From an uncultured Atribacterota bacterium (GTDB lineage: Bacteria; Atribacterota; Phoenicimicrobiia; Phoenicimicrobiales; Stramentimicrobiaceae), in NCBI GenBank assembly GCA_964433555.1, contig CAYSRG010000005.1, positions 10,141 through 74,140 on the forward strand: a stretch of 64,000 nucleotides of DNA, written 5' to 3'. The notes below the pieces were generated by a model, which saw only the letters and a list, made by a program, of their open reading frames with translations, searched no databases and had not been told where the DNA came from. How positions within the stretch are numbered: the stretch's first letter is position 1; every line of letters begins with the position of its first letter. Shown piece after piece: positions 10,815-21,062 of the stretch. The translations under genes and the position numbers were made by a program.

Positions 10815-13800
10815 TTACACTGTTTCAGGAATAACTGTCTTTAAAAAAGATAAATATTGATGGAGAATGCTATGGGAATGGACTAAATTATCAGTCTCCT
10901 GGAAAATCATTTTTAATTCATAATAACGACCTCTCTGAGAGTAGCTTATATTCTTTCTGGTTTCAATCTTTAGGGCATTTTTAATTTTACTCTCCAAAGG
11001 AAAACCTATTTGGTATTTAATAGAAACATAGCGATTAGTTATCCTGATGTTGGTCACTCCTTGATTTTTTAACTTTAATTTCAGTTGAACTAACAGTAAT
11101 AGATTTTCAACCTCTCCTGGATAAATGCCATAGACATCCTGTAGTTCCCTTCTTAAATCATTTAGTTCTTTCTCCGTTTTTATTTGACTTAGCCTTTGAT
11201 AATAACTTATTCTTAATTCAGGATTGGAAATATAATACTCTGGAATATAACTATCCAGCTTTGCTTCAATTTCTGGTTCTGGTTCCTGTTCTATAGTGCT
11301 GACAGTCTCAATCTGGCGAAGCTGATTAATACTCTCTTCCAGCAACTGGCAGTAATAATTGAAACCTACTTCACTTACAAAGCCATGCTGTTCTTTACCC
11401 AGTAAATTACCAGCTCCTCTTATCTCTAAATCACGCATTGCCAGTCGGAAACCTGAACCTAAATCACTAAATTCCTTAATAGCCTCTAACCGTTTTCTGG
11501 CATTATCGCTCAATATCTTTTGAGTGGGATAAAGCAGATAGGCATAAGCCCTTCGATTACTGCGACCAACTCTTCCTCTAAGTTGATATAGCTGGGATAA
11601 ACCAAACTGATGAGCATCATCAATAATGATAGTATTAACATTGGGTATATCCAGACCTATTTCAATAATTGTGGTACAGATTAAAACATCATAATATCGG
11701 TTTAGAAAATCTATCATTATATTTTCCAGTTTTTCTTCAGGCATTTGACCATGAGCAATGACTACTTTTGCCTCCGGGATGAGAAGATTTAACTTTTCAG
11801 CAATATAATCAATATCCTGAACCCGATTATAAACATAATATACCTGACCGCCTCTTTCTAGTTCTCGTCTAATTGCTTCTCTGATAGTGTCATCTGTCTT
11901 GGGTTTGAAAAAAGTAATTATTGGTAAACGCAACTCTGGTGGAGTATTAATAATACTCATCTCTCTAATTCCAGTTAATGATAAATATAGTGTTCTTGGA
12001 ATTGGGGTAGCTGTTAAAGTAAGAGAGTCAACCTGTTCTCTTATTTTTTTTATCCGTTCTTTATGAATTACCCCAAAACGTTGTTCTTCATCAACTACCA
12101 ATAAACCGAGATCTCTGAAGACTACATCTGGCTGAACAAGACGATGAGTTCCAATAATAATGTCAATATCACCTTTTTTTAAATCAACAACTATTTCTTG
12201 CTGTTCCTTTTTAGATTTAAATCTGGAAAGCATTTCGATTCTAACTGGGAAAGCCTTCATCCTTTCGGTAAAATTTTCCCAGTGTTGCTGTGCCAGAATA
12301 GTAGTAGGAGCCAGTACTGCCACCTGTTTGCTATCCATAACCGCTTTAAAAGCAGCCCTGATAGCTATTTCGGTTTTACCATAACCCACATCTCCACATA
12401 TCAGACGTTCCATAGGTTGAGCTGACTCCATATCCTTTTTGACATCCTGAAAGGCTTTTTCCTGATCAGGTGTCTCCTCAAAGGGGAAAGCCATCTCTAA
12501 TTCCTGTTGCCATACCGTATCGGAAGAAAAAGAGAAACCTTGAATACTCCTTCTCTTTCGGTATAACTCAAATAATTCTAGTGCCGCTTTTTGAATAGAC
12601 TCTCTCACTCTTCTTTTCGTTATTCTCCAGGTACTATCTCCCAAGCGATTAAGCCTGGGTGGATTTCCTCCCACCCCAATATATTTATGAACCATAGACA
12701 ATTGTTCAATTGGGACATAAAGTTCATCATCAGCAGCATATTTAATTAAAAGGTAATCCCGTCTGATACCATCTGTACTACGCGATTTAATTCCAGCATA
12801 TTGTCCAATGCCATGGTTTATATGAACTACAAAATCTCCTATTTTTAATTCATCTAATTGATAAAAAGGTTGGCCTTGAAATTTTCGTGGTTTATAGCTT
12901 TTATCTCTCTGCTTGCCAAAGATCTCCTGTTCAGTAATAACGGAAAGATTAAGAGCAGGGATGAAAAAACCATAATTAACCTGTCCATAACTCAAACATA
13001 CCTTTCCAGGATATAAATCTACTTCAGGCAAAGCCATTATTTGATAATCTCTAAATCCCCGGTCTTCAAATATTTCTACCAGCCGTAAAGCCCGGCCTTT
13101 ATTGCTGGCTAAAACCAGAATATTTTGCTTTTCCTCCTGACTTTTCTTTATATCTTTAAAAAAGAATTCCAGATTGCCAAAATAATTCTCAGCAGGTTTT
13201 GTTTCTATTGGAAAAAACGGATAATCCTTAAATATTTTTTGACCTGGAGTAGAATCCTTTTGCTCTAACCAAGATTCTATTGTTAACAATCTCTGTTTTT
13301 GATAAAGCAATTCATTGACCTGATTCCAGGTTAAGTAGTAATACTCCGGAGGTAATAGATCTTTACGATCATCCTTTTTAGCCAGAAAAGATTTCTCGCT
13401 TTCCTTTTCAAAATCCTGAACATTTTTTTCAAAATCCGAAAATTGATGAATAAAAATATCGGTTTGATGAGGTAAATAATCAAAAAAGGAATTCGTTTCT
13501 TTCTCTTTTTCATCTAATGCTGGACTTAGTTCTCTTTGGGGAAGCAGTAGAATTTCCTCAATCTTTTTAATAGATCGTTGTGATCCCGGATCAAAAAAAC
13601 GAAGGGAAGCAATTCTATCTCCGTCTAACTCTATTCTTAAAGGATTTTCCTCAGTAGGAGGGAATACATCAATAATTCCACCTCGTTGACTGAATTGCCC
13701 TTGTGTTTCAATCATACCTGAGGAGTGATAGCCCTGTTCTATAAGAAATTTTAGAAAGCATTCCACTTTTAGTTGACCTTCTCGCTGTAACTTAAGGTGC

Positions 13801-14264
13801 TGCTGGTAAAACTTGTTACAAGACATTATTTTAGGAAGAATAGCCCGATAAGTACTGATAATAATTAAGGGAAAGGGATAATTATCTTTTCCATCTTTAT
13901 TGGATTGGAATAGGTGCAGTAAGGTAGACAAAACCTTTATTCTCTGCTTTACAATCTGGAAATCATGAGACAGATCTTCATAAGGTAAAACCTCATGAGG
14001 TGGAAAGATAAAAACGGGATTATTCTCCTGCCAACCAGTAAAAGCTAACAAATCCTGATATAAACGCATTGCTTCAGTAATATTATCAGTTAAACAAAGT
14101 AATACGCGGTTTAACTCACCTTTTAAAGCCAGGGAAGAAATAAAGAAGGAAAGGGCACTACCATGCAATCCCTTGATACTTAAAGGTCTCTTATTCCTGG
14201 TTCGGAAATCTTCAAGAAATTGGCTATAGATAATATGTTGATCCCACAATTTGATTATTTTCAT
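10815..14264 (-). CDS. mfd: transcription-repair coupling factor Mfd
   Basis: 1149 aa. UvrB-homology N-terminus, RNAP-interacting domain, SF2 helicase motifs (GDVGYGKTE, DEEQRFGV, LTATPIPRTL), TRCF C-terminal domain. Confidence 0.95.
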   Translation of the reverse strand: MKIIKLWDQHIIYSQFLEDFRTRNKRPLSIKGLHGSALSFFISSLALKGELNRVLLCLTDNITEAMRLYQDLLAFTGWQENNPVFIFPPHEVLPYEDLSHDFQIVKQRIKVLSTLLHLFQSNKDGKDNYPFPLIIISTYRAILPKIMSCNKFYQQHLKLQREGQLKVECFLKFLIEQGYHSSGMIETQGQFSQRGGIIDVFPPTEENPLRIELDGDRIASLRFFDPGSQRSIKKIEEILLLPQRELSPALDEKEKETNSFFDYLPHQTDIFIHQFSDFEKNVQDFEKESEKSFLAKKDDRKDLLPPEYYYLTWNQVNELLYQKQRLLTIESWLEQKDSTPGQKIFKDYPFFPIETKPAENYFGNLEFFFKDIKKSQEEKQNILVLASNKGRALRLVEIFEDRGFRDYQIMALPEVDLYPGKVCLSYGQVNYGFFIPALNLSVITEQEIFGKQRDKSYKPRKFQGQPFYQLDELKIGDFVVHINHGIGQYAGIKSRSTDGIRRDYLLIKYAADDELYVPIEQLSMVHKYIGVGGNPPRLNRLGDSTWRITKRRVRESIQKAALELFELYRKRRSIQGFSFSSDTVWQQELEMAFPFEETPDQEKAFQDVKKDMESAQPMERLICGDVGYGKTEIAIRAAFKAVMDSKQVAVLAPTTILAQQHWENFTERMKAFPVRIEMLSRFKSKKEQQEIVVDLKKGDIDIIIGTHRLVQPDVVFRDLGLLVVDEEQRFGVIHKERIKKIREQVDSLTLTATPIPRTLYLSLTGIREMSIINTPPELRLPIITFFKPKTDDTIREAIRRELERGGQVYYVYNRVQDIDYIAEKLNLLIPEAKVVIAHGQMPEEKLENIMIDFLNRYYDVLICTTIIEIGLDIPNVNTIIIDDAHQFGLSQLYQLRGRVGRSNRRAYAYLLYPTQKILSDNARKRLEAIKEFSDLGSGFRLAMRDLEIRGAGNLLGKEQHGFVSEVGFNYYCQLLEESINQLRQIETVSTIEQEPEPEIEAKLDSYIPEYYISNPELRISYYQRLSQIKTEKELNDLRRELQDVYGIYPGEVENLLLLVQLKLKLKNQGVTNIRITNRYVSIKYQIGFPLESKIKNALKIETRKNISYSQRGRYYELKMIFQETDNLVHSHSILHQYLSFLKTVIPETV

Positions 14265-14275
14265 ATTATTTCACT

Positions 14276-14310
14276 CTGAAAAGAAAAGGCTTTGAACATA
14301 ATCAAAGCCT
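14276..14310 (-). terminator. putative intrinsic terminator downstream of pfkA
   Basis: 9-bp perfect stem aggctttga/tcaaagcct (14287-14310) with 6-nt loop. On the minus strand it is followed by TTTTCTTTTC. Confidence 0.5.
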
Positions 14311-14400
14311 AAATGGATTTTTCATTATATGGCTAATTTGTTAGAATAGCAACAAGAAAGAATTCCTAACTCACCTTTATTCTATTCAAATTGTTTAATA

Positions 14401-15396
14401 TTAGCGGGCTAAAACAGCAGCTAACTGGTATAGGGATTCGCGTAATTTCCTCTGGTTAGATAATACTTCTTCCAGAGCAATCACTCTAATATCATTGCCA
14501 GTTAAACCTACCATATGATGATACTGTTTTTTCAGTACTTGTTCTACTGCATCTGCTCCTAATCGGCTGCCTAAGATGCGGTCAAATGCTGAGGGAAAAC
14601 CACCTCTTTGTAAATAGCCAAGTACGGTTACTCTCATTTCAAAGCCAACCTTATCTTCCATGTATTTTCCGGTTTCATATGCGCTACCCGCTCCTTCAGC
14701 TACAATGACAATACAGTGAGTTTTACCTCTTTTATAACCCTGTCTTAACTTATTACTTATTTCCTCCAAATCAGCAGGAAATTCCGGAATAATTACTGCT
14801 TCAACACCACCAGCAATACCACCCATTAAAGCAAGGTATCCTGAATTTCTGCCCATCACCTCAATAATAAATGCCCGGCGATGAGATGAAGCGGTATCCT
14901 TTATTTTATCTATCGCAGAAATAACTGTATTTAATGCTGTATCAACACCAATAGACATATCAGTACCATAAAGGTCATTATCAATACTAGCCGGTATTCC
15001 AACTACAGCAATTCCCTCCTGTTGATATAGGTCCAGGGCACCAGCCAGTGAGCCATCACCACCGATAACTATCAGAGCATCTATCTTATTTTCTTTTAAA
15101 ATGCAGGCAGCTTTATTTACTCCGGATTCAGTTTTAAATTCTTCACTACGTGAAGTCATCAATAAAGTACCACCATGCTGCATAATGCCACCTACGCTTT
15201 TTAAGTTAAGGGGAAGAAATTTTTTATCTAATAATCCCTGATATCCGCATGGTATTCCCCAAACTTCCAATTCATAATATATTCCAGTGCGAACAACCGC
15301 CCGGATAGCTGCATTCATTCCTGGTGAATCTCCACCACTGGTTAAAACAGCGATCCTTTTAATCATCTCACCTACCTGTTTTATCTTTCTATTCAA
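14401..15396 (-). CDS. pfkA: ATP-dependent 6-phosphofructokinase
   Basis: 331 aa. N-terminal IAVLTSGGDSPGMNAAIRAVV and GGDGS motifs of PfkA. Confidence 0.9.
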   Translation of the reverse strand: MNRKIKQVGEMIKRIAVLTSGGDSPGMNAAIRAVVRTGIYYELEVWGIPCGYQGLLDKKFLPLNLKSVGGIMQHGGTLLMTSRSEEFKTESGVNKAACILKENKIDALIVIGGDGSLAGALDLYQQEGIAVVGIPASIDNDLYGTDMSIGVDTALNTVISAIDKIKDTASSHRRAFIIEVMGRNSGYLALMGGIAGGVEAVIIPEFPADLEEISNKLRQGYKRGKTHCIVIVAEGAGSAYETGKYMEDKVGFEMRVTVLGYLQRGGFPSAFDRILGSRLGADAVEQVLKKQYHHMVGLTGNDIRVIALEEVLSNQRKLRESLYQLAAVLAR

Positions 15397-15438
15397 GCAG
15401 ATTTAATTAGATTTTTTAAATCCTTGCTACTGAAGTTT

Positions 15439-16026
15439 TTAATTGTTTAAATCTGATCCGTTATATTCTCTCATAGCAAAATTATAACCTTTGTTCAAAA
15501 TATCTTCTACTGCCTGTACCGCATGGGTAATAGTATTCTCTACCAAATCTTTCTCTTCAGGTAAGAAATTAGATAATACAAAATCAGAATAATCTAAATT
15601 CTCTAACAGCTTATCATTTCTTATTCCAATTCTCAAACGCGGAATATCTTCTGATTCCAGACTATTTATTATAGAATCCATTCCGTTATGCCCACCTGAG
15701 CTTCCCCTTTTTCTAATCCTTATAATTCCCAGAGGAAGATGGAAATCATCATAGATAATTAGTAATTGATTATAGCTAATATTATAATAAGCTACAATTT
15801 CTCTTACCGATCTACCACTAAGATTCATAAAGGTTTGCGGTTTAACCAAAATAATTTCCTGCTCCAAAAATCTGTGATAGAGAATGTGTGCTAAAAATTT
15901 CTTTTTCCATTTCAGATTACGGTCAGTAAACCTAATGGCTAATCTTTTTAGAACTTGAAATCCAATATTATGTCTGGTGTTTTGATATTGAGTTCCTGGA
16001 TTACCCAAACCCACAATTATATTCAC
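15439..16026 (-). CDS. pth: peptidyl-tRNA hydrolase
   Basis: 195 aa. MNIIVGLGNPG...TRHNIGF signature. Confidence 0.9.
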   Translation of the reverse strand: MNIIVGLGNPGTQYQNTRHNIGFQVLKRLAIRFTDRNLKWKKKFLAHILYHRFLEQEIILVKPQTFMNLSGRSVREIVAYYNISYNQLLIIYDDFHLPLGIIRIRKRGSSGGHNGMDSIINSLESEDIPRLRIGIRNDKLLENLDYSDFVLSNFLPEEKDLVENTITHAVQAVEDILNKGYNFAMREYNGSDLNN

Positions 16027-16071
16027 GTCATTACAACCTTAGTTAAATTTTGTTTAAATCTGACAGTATAT

Positions 16072-16758
16072 CTATTCTTTTTCTTCCTTTTCTTCTTCTG
16101 CTTTTGCCTCTTTAGTTTTAATCTTTGCTTCAGGAGCTCCTTCTGTTACTTCTTCAGCCTCTTCTTCGGGTACTTTCTCCTCTACTTTACTGGGAGCAAC
16201 AACTGAGGCAATAGTCCGATTGATATCAGTTAACAGTTTAACACCTTTTGGTAAAACAACGTCTTGCAAAGTGATAACATCATTAAAACTCATTTCACTG
16301 ATATCAATAGTTATTGCTTCCGGTGCATCTACTGGCAGACATTCTACTTCTACCTCTCTCAAAGAGATATCCAGTATACCGCCTTCTTTAACTCCCTTAG
16401 GTTCTCCTTCCAGAATAATAGGAACTTCCAGGGTTACTTTTTCTTTCATGGTAACACCATAAAAATCAAAGTGATTGATTCTTTTCAGTAAAGAGTCATA
16501 CTGGAAATCCTTCATTAACGCTAAACGGGTTATTTCCTTCTCATCATCTGTTTTTATCTTTAAATCTATGATTCCATGTGCATGTTTTTTATCAGATAAA
16601 AATCGGAAAAGTTCTTTCTCTAGTATTTTTAATAAAATATTATTTTTATCATGAGGAGAATAAAAAATACCTGGAACATATCCTGTTTTTCTAAGTCTTT
16701 TACTATCCTCTTTTCCACTTTTCTTTCTGGTTTCTACTTGTAACTGAATTCGTTTCAT
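16072..16758 (-). CDS. ctc: 50S ribosomal protein L25 / general stress protein Ctc
   Basis: 228 aa. L25 N-domain and beta-barrel, acidic Glu/Lys-rich C-terminal tail. Position prs-ctc-pth as in Bacillus. Confidence 0.85.
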   Translation of the reverse strand: MKRIQLQVETRKKSGKEDSKRLRKTGYVPGIFYSPHDKNNILLKILEKELFRFLSDKKHAHGIIDLKIKTDDEKEITRLALMKDFQYDSLLKRINHFDFYGVTMKEKVTLEVPIILEGEPKGVKEGGILDISLREVEVECLPVDAPEAITIDISEMSFNDVITLQDVVLPKGVKLLTDINRTIASVVAPSKVEEKVPEEEAEEVTEGAPEAKIKTKEAKAEEEKEEKE

Positions 16759-16999
16759 AATCCGTTTACCTCCGCAGTAATTCTTTTTCTAAATTAATGA
16801 TTTTACTTAAGATTATCAGAGGAGTGAACTCCCCTGACTGCCTCTATCCCTTCTTTTGATACATATTGATTTTCTTTAAAATTAACATAATACCTGGTTA
16901 AAATATTTTTAAAATATTTATCTTAGAGAGCATCTGGTTTTTGTAATTCTGATACTCTAAAATATTATAAAATAATTATCCAGTTGACTTGTTCAGTTA

Positions 17000-17962
17000 T
17001 TATCTAAATAGTGCGCTTATAGATTGATTATAATGAATACGCTTAATTGCTTCTGAAAATAATTCTGAAACTGACAATACTTCGATACAGGGTAATTGTT
17101 TTTCGGGAGGGATAGGAATAGTATTGGTTACTACTACTTCCTTAAACAATTTTTCTTGCCAGTACTTTTCCAGACGTTCTCTGGCAGGATCAGCAAAAAT
17201 AGGATGAGTTGCACAAACAAAAATCTCTCTCGCTCCAGCATTTAGTACTGCCTGGCTTCCTTTAATAATAGAACCGGCAGTATCAATCATATCATCTACG
17301 ATAATTGCGGTCTTTCCCTGAACATTACCGACTATATGCATTATTTCAACATGAGTATCAGAAGCTCTGTATTTATCAATAATAGCAATCGGTTTATTTA
17401 AATAACCGGCAAAGTTTCTTGCTCTCGTTGTTCCCCCCACATCTGGAGAAACTACTACTGCATTAGACAAATCTTTCATTTTAAAATAATCTGCCAGAAT
17501 CGGGGCAGCCTCTAGGTGGTCAACTGGGATATCAAAAAATCCCTGAATCTGTCCGGCATGTAAATCCATAGTCAAAATACGATTGGCACCTGCTTCAACT
17601 AATAAATTAGCAACCAGCTTAGCAGTTATCGGTTCCCTTGGTCTGGTTTTTCTATCCTGTCTGGCATAGCTATAATATGGTATTACCGCTGTAATTCTTC
17701 CCGCAGAGGCTCGATGAAGTGCATCAATCATTACCAGAAGTTCCATCAGATGATCATGTACCGGATGACAGGTGGGTTGAATCACAAACACATCCTGTCC
17801 TCTGACATTTTCATCAATCTCCACATGTAATTCTCCATCGGGAAATCTTGACACTTCAGCTTTACCAAGTTGAGTTCCCAGATGAGCAACAATTTCTTTA
17901 GCTAATGCTGGATTAGCGTTTCCAGAAAATATCTGTAGTTCTCTATTATCACACGGAATCAC
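17000..17962 (-). CDS. prs: ribose-phosphate pyrophosphokinase
   Basis: 320 aa. PRPP synthase motifs (DLHAGQIQGFFDIPVDH, IVDDMIDTAGS). Confidence 0.95.
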   Translation of the reverse strand: MIPCDNRELQIFSGNANPALAKEIVAHLGTQLGKAEVSRFPDGELHVEIDENVRGQDVFVIQPTCHPVHDHLMELLVMIDALHRASAGRITAVIPYYSYARQDRKTRPREPITAKLVANLLVEAGANRILTMDLHAGQIQGFFDIPVDHLEAAPILADYFKMKDLSNAVVVSPDVGGTTRARNFAGYLNKPIAIIDKYRASDTHVEIMHIVGNVQGKTAIIVDDMIDTAGSIIKGSQAVLNAGAREIFVCATHPIFADPARERLEKYWQEKLFKEVVVTNTIPIPPEKQLPCIEVLSVSELFSEAIKRIHYNQSISALFR

Positions 17963-17985
17963 ATTATTGCCTCCTTATCTTTTCA

Positions 17986-19395
17986 TCATTTTTCTTTCTT
18001 CTTATTTTGCTTTTGCGCTGTTTTCTTTTTCTTATTAACCCAGCCAATAATATTTTTTTGCCTGGATCGGGCAATTCCTAAGCTTCGGGGAGGAACATTA
18101 CCGGTTATAGTAGAACCGGCAGCGGTATAGGAGCCTTTACTAATAATTACCGGGGCAACAAGGGAATTATTACTGCCAATAAAAACACCATCTTCAATAG
18201 TAGTGGGATTCTTTCTTATACCGTCAAAATTACAGGTTATAGTACCGGCACCGATGTTAACCTTTTTCCCCAAAGTGGCATCCCCCAGGTAAGTTAGATG
18301 TCCAACTTTACTACCTTTATCAATAAATGTTTTTTTAATCTCAACATAGTTACCAATTTTTACTTCATTTCCAATGATACTTTCCGGTCTAATATGGGCA
18401 TAAGGACCAATGTTAGTATTATTCCCAATTTGGCTTTCTTCAATTATAGAAGAAAAAACTCTGGTTTGGTCGCCAATGTAGCTTTGTACAACATGGGAAT
18501 AAGGACCGATATGACAGTTACTGCCTATCTGACTTCCAGCAGTTATAATAGTAAAAGGGTATATAATAGTTCCTTTACCTATTTTTACCTGGCTGTCAAT
18601 AAAAGTGTTACCAGGTGAAATAATAGTTACACCTTCTTCCATATGCTCCTTTGCATTCCTCTGATAAACTATTTGAGATGTATAGGCTAGGTCTTGTTGG
18701 GTATTTATTCCTGTTATTTCAATTGGATCCTCTACGGCAATACTTTCAATAGGACATCCCTTATCTTTCATTATTTTAACAACATCCGTTAAATAATATT
18801 CTTTTTGATAATTATTTTTTTTCACTACAGTTAAGGCTGTAAATAATTCTCTACTGTTAAAACAGTATATTCCCCCATTAATCTCCTTAATTTGCTTCTG
18901 CTCTTCATTTGCATCGCGTTGTTCTATAATCTTTATAACTTCTCCGGCTTCATTTCGTATTATTCTTCCATAACCTTCCGGATTTTTTAATTTTACCGTC
19001 AATAGAGTACAACAAGCTGAACTGTTGTGATGGAAAGTGATGATTTTCTGGATGGTAGTTTGCTTCAATAATGGAACATCAGCAGATAAAACTAAAATAA
19101 TACCACAAAAATCAGCTAAGTATGGTTCAACTTCCTGCAAAGCCTGAGCAGTACCTAATTGTTGTTTCTGGTGAACATAAATTGCCTCTTTATCAATATC
19201 TTTTACCGCTTCTTTGATTTTTTCCATCTGATGACCAAATACTATAATTCTCTTTTCAATTCCTAAAGACCTGGCTAGCTCTAAAGAATAAAATATCATA
19301 GGTTTTCCTGCTAAGGGATGCAAAACTTTGGGAAGTGTGGATTTCATTCTTTTTCCCTGACCAGCTGCCAATATAACCGATGTAATAGCTCTCAT
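17986..19395 (-). CDS. glmU: bifunctional UDP-GlcNAc pyrophosphorylase / GlcN-1-P acetyltransferase GlmU
   Basis: 469 aa. N-terminal nucleotidyltransferase (LAAGQGKRM), C-terminal left-handed beta-helix hexapeptide repeats, Lys-rich tail. Confidence 0.9.
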   Translation of the reverse strand: MRAITSVILAAGQGKRMKSTLPKVLHPLAGKPMIFYSLELARSLGIEKRIIVFGHQMEKIKEAVKDIDKEAIYVHQKQQLGTAQALQEVEPYLADFCGIILVLSADVPLLKQTTIQKIITFHHNSSACCTLLTVKLKNPEGYGRIIRNEAGEVIKIIEQRDANEEQKQIKEINGGIYCFNSRELFTALTVVKKNNYQKEYYLTDVVKIMKDKGCPIESIAVEDPIEITGINTQQDLAYTSQIVYQRNAKEHMEEGVTIISPGNTFIDSQVKIGKGTIIYPFTIITAGSQIGSNCHIGPYSHVVQSYIGDQTRVFSSIIEESQIGNNTNIGPYAHIRPESIIGNEVKIGNYVEIKKTFIDKGSKVGHLTYLGDATLGKKVNIGAGTITCNFDGIRKNPTTIEDGVFIGSNNSLVAPVIISKGSYTAAGSTITGNVPPRSLGIARSRQKNIIGWVNKKKKTAQKQNKKKEK

Positions 19396-19506
19396 AGCAT
19401 TATCCTGCCAAAATTTTTTTATGAAAATTCAGAAAAGAAATTATTTGGCTGAGGTAAAATAAATTTTTATATCAGAAAATTTGGATAAATAAAAATAGAC
19501 CATATC

Positions 19507-19580
19507 TGGCTGGGGTGGAAGGATTCGAACCTCCGATGAGGGAGCCAAAGTCCCTTGCCTTACCGCTTGGCTACACCCCA
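19507..19580 (-). tRNA. tRNA-Gln (anticodon TTG)
   Basis: Reverse complement folds as a 74-nt cloverleaf. Anticodon loop CUUUGGC gives UUG. Ends ACCCCAGCCA as in E. coli tRNA-Gln; CCA encoded. Confidence 0.85.
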
Positions 19581-19789
19581 TTCAATTAATGTTCAAAGGG
19601 AATGCTTCCCCTTGAGAATTTCTTAAATTAACCTCAAATTTAATATTGGTCAATCCTAAGACCTGTCTTTAATGTCTTTTCTTTGATAAATCTAATTTTT
19701 ACTTAAAGTGCAATAGTTATAACAATCACACTATCCTAAAATACAACGGAGCAACAGAGCATATATTATTTCTTGTTCAAAATATTTTT

Positions 19790-19830
19790 ATAGTAGTATC
19801 GAAATTAAAGAGTATTTCCGATACTACTAT
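19790..19830. repeat. long imperfect hairpin of the TATAGTA(G)TATCG repeat family
   Basis: atagtagtatcgaaat / atttccgatactactat inverted repeat with 8-nt loop. Shares the core with repeats at 135-167, 428-458, 10645-10718 and 63077-63100. Confidence 0.5.
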
Positions 19831-19972
19831 ATGCTCATTTCTTATTAGATTTTTTAGTCAGGAGAATCACTTATTGTTGCCCTTCTTATTCTCCTGACCA
19901 TTTTAAATTAAATTTAGCCTACTAATATTATAATAAACCAATCAATATTTTAAGCAAACTAAATCTAATTTC

Positions 19973-20320
19973 TTATTGTTCGGATGATTCAGAATCATCT
20001 GAAAGCTCAGCGCTACTGCTCTTTACTTCATCATCTTTTGGAGATTCACTGCTTGCCTTATCTTCCTGCTCAGTTGCTTCGTATTCTTTTAATACAGCGG
20101 TCTGAATCATTTCTCTGACTTCTGTATTTATAGGATGAGCTATATCCTTATGATTTCCATTAGGCAAGAGTTTACTGGGCATTGCAACAAACATTCCCTT
20201 TCTTCCATCAATAATTCTCAAATCATGAACTACAAAGGAGTCATCAAAAGTAATAGAAACATACGCTCTCAGTTTTCCATCAGTCTGTATTCTTCTAATT
20301 CTAACATCAGTAACTTGCAC
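19973..20320 (-). CDS. spoVG: septation/regulatory protein SpoVG
   Basis: 115 aa. [11 protein letters not shown]...[22 protein letters not shown]...DIAHPIN is near-identical in pattern to Bacillus SpoVG. Acidic C-terminal tail. Confidence 0.9.
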   Translation of the reverse strand: MQVTDVRIRRIQTDGKLRAYVSITFDDSFVVHDLRIIDGRKGMFVAMPSKLLPNGNHKDIAHPINTEVREMIQTAVLKEYEATEQEDKASSESPKDDEVKSSSAELSDDSESSEQ

Positions 20321-20619
20321 TTGCTTACACCGCCTTTTCGTTTTTTGTTTTTTCTGTTATCTAGTTACTATTTACAATACCACACTTTAAAATTCAGTTA
20401 ATATCTAAGCTGATTACAAATAATATTTATTATTTTCCAACTTTCAACAAAATAATCTCCCACTGCTACATATTTTCATTTACCTCCTGTTATATCGCAT
20501 TTTAGTATGTAATATATCATCAATCCTAAAGTTAATAGCGTTGGGTTTTCTTGTTCCTTCAGATTCCCAAGAAGAATTTTTCTCCTTGAGAAGTCCTAAA
20601 TAGATCAGGCCTTTCTGTT

Positions 20620-20768
20620 AAAAAATAAACACAGCAAAAAATAATTGCTGTGCTGAAATTAATTCATATAACCAGCTTAGGAACTCTCCTACTCTTATTG
20701 TTGCAATCAATAACCTTTGTGCCATCATAAACTTATTAACTTTTTAAAGTCATTCCTTTTTCAGAGCT
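20620..20768 (-). ncRNA. candidate small RNA (sigma-A promoter + intrinsic terminator) between ksgA and spoVG
   Basis: Minus-strand TTGACA (20799-20804), 18 bp, TG-n-TAAAAT (20775-20780). Hairpin cacagcaa/ttgctgtg (20630-20652) followed on the minus strand by TTTATTTTTT. No ORF of 60 aa or more. Confidence 0.3.
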
Positions 20769-20774
20769 TGTCAA

Positions 20775-20804
20775 ATTTTATCATGCAAAATAGTTATTTG
20801 TCAA
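20775..20804 (-). promoter_or_regulatory. sigma-70/sigma-A-like promoter (extended -10)
   Basis: Reverse complement reads TTGACA-aataactattttgca-TGaTAAAAT. A second TTGACA overlaps the -10. Confidence 0.35.
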
Positions 20805-21062
20805 AAACTTTTTATTTTTTACAAATATTTAACAATTATAACTGGATTAGTTGTCAGTCATTTGTATTCAGTCATCAGATAGTTATTTGGTTTCTGATAT
20901 TTCGTTATTGGTTTTTGGTTAAGAATAATGAAACTACATTTTAAATTGCCAATACTTACTATTTACTCATTATATAATTAAAGCCTGGCTAAAATAATTA
21001 AGCAAATGAGGTCTAATTTAAACTGCTTAACTATCATGCTTTATTGCAGATTTCAACAAAAA

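Noticed and set aside
15955-16206. 83-aa plus-strand ORF rich in Phe/Leu
   Set aside because: Antisense to the Glu/Lys-rich tail of ctc. Compositional mirror image, not a gene.
19856-19905. Inverted repeat gtcaggagaat...attctcctgac downstream of spoVG as intrinsic terminator
   Set aside because: No U-run follows the stem on either transcribed strand; the T-run precedes it. Kept only as a hairpin of unknown role.
20620-20768. 41-codon hydrophobic ORF (MMAQRLLIATIRVGEFLSWLYELISAQQLFFAVFIFNRKA) inside the sRNA candidate
   Set aside because: No Shine-Dalgarno. The terminator hairpin and U-tract lie upstream of its stop codon, so the transcript would be non-stop. Coding is unlikely but cannot be excluded.
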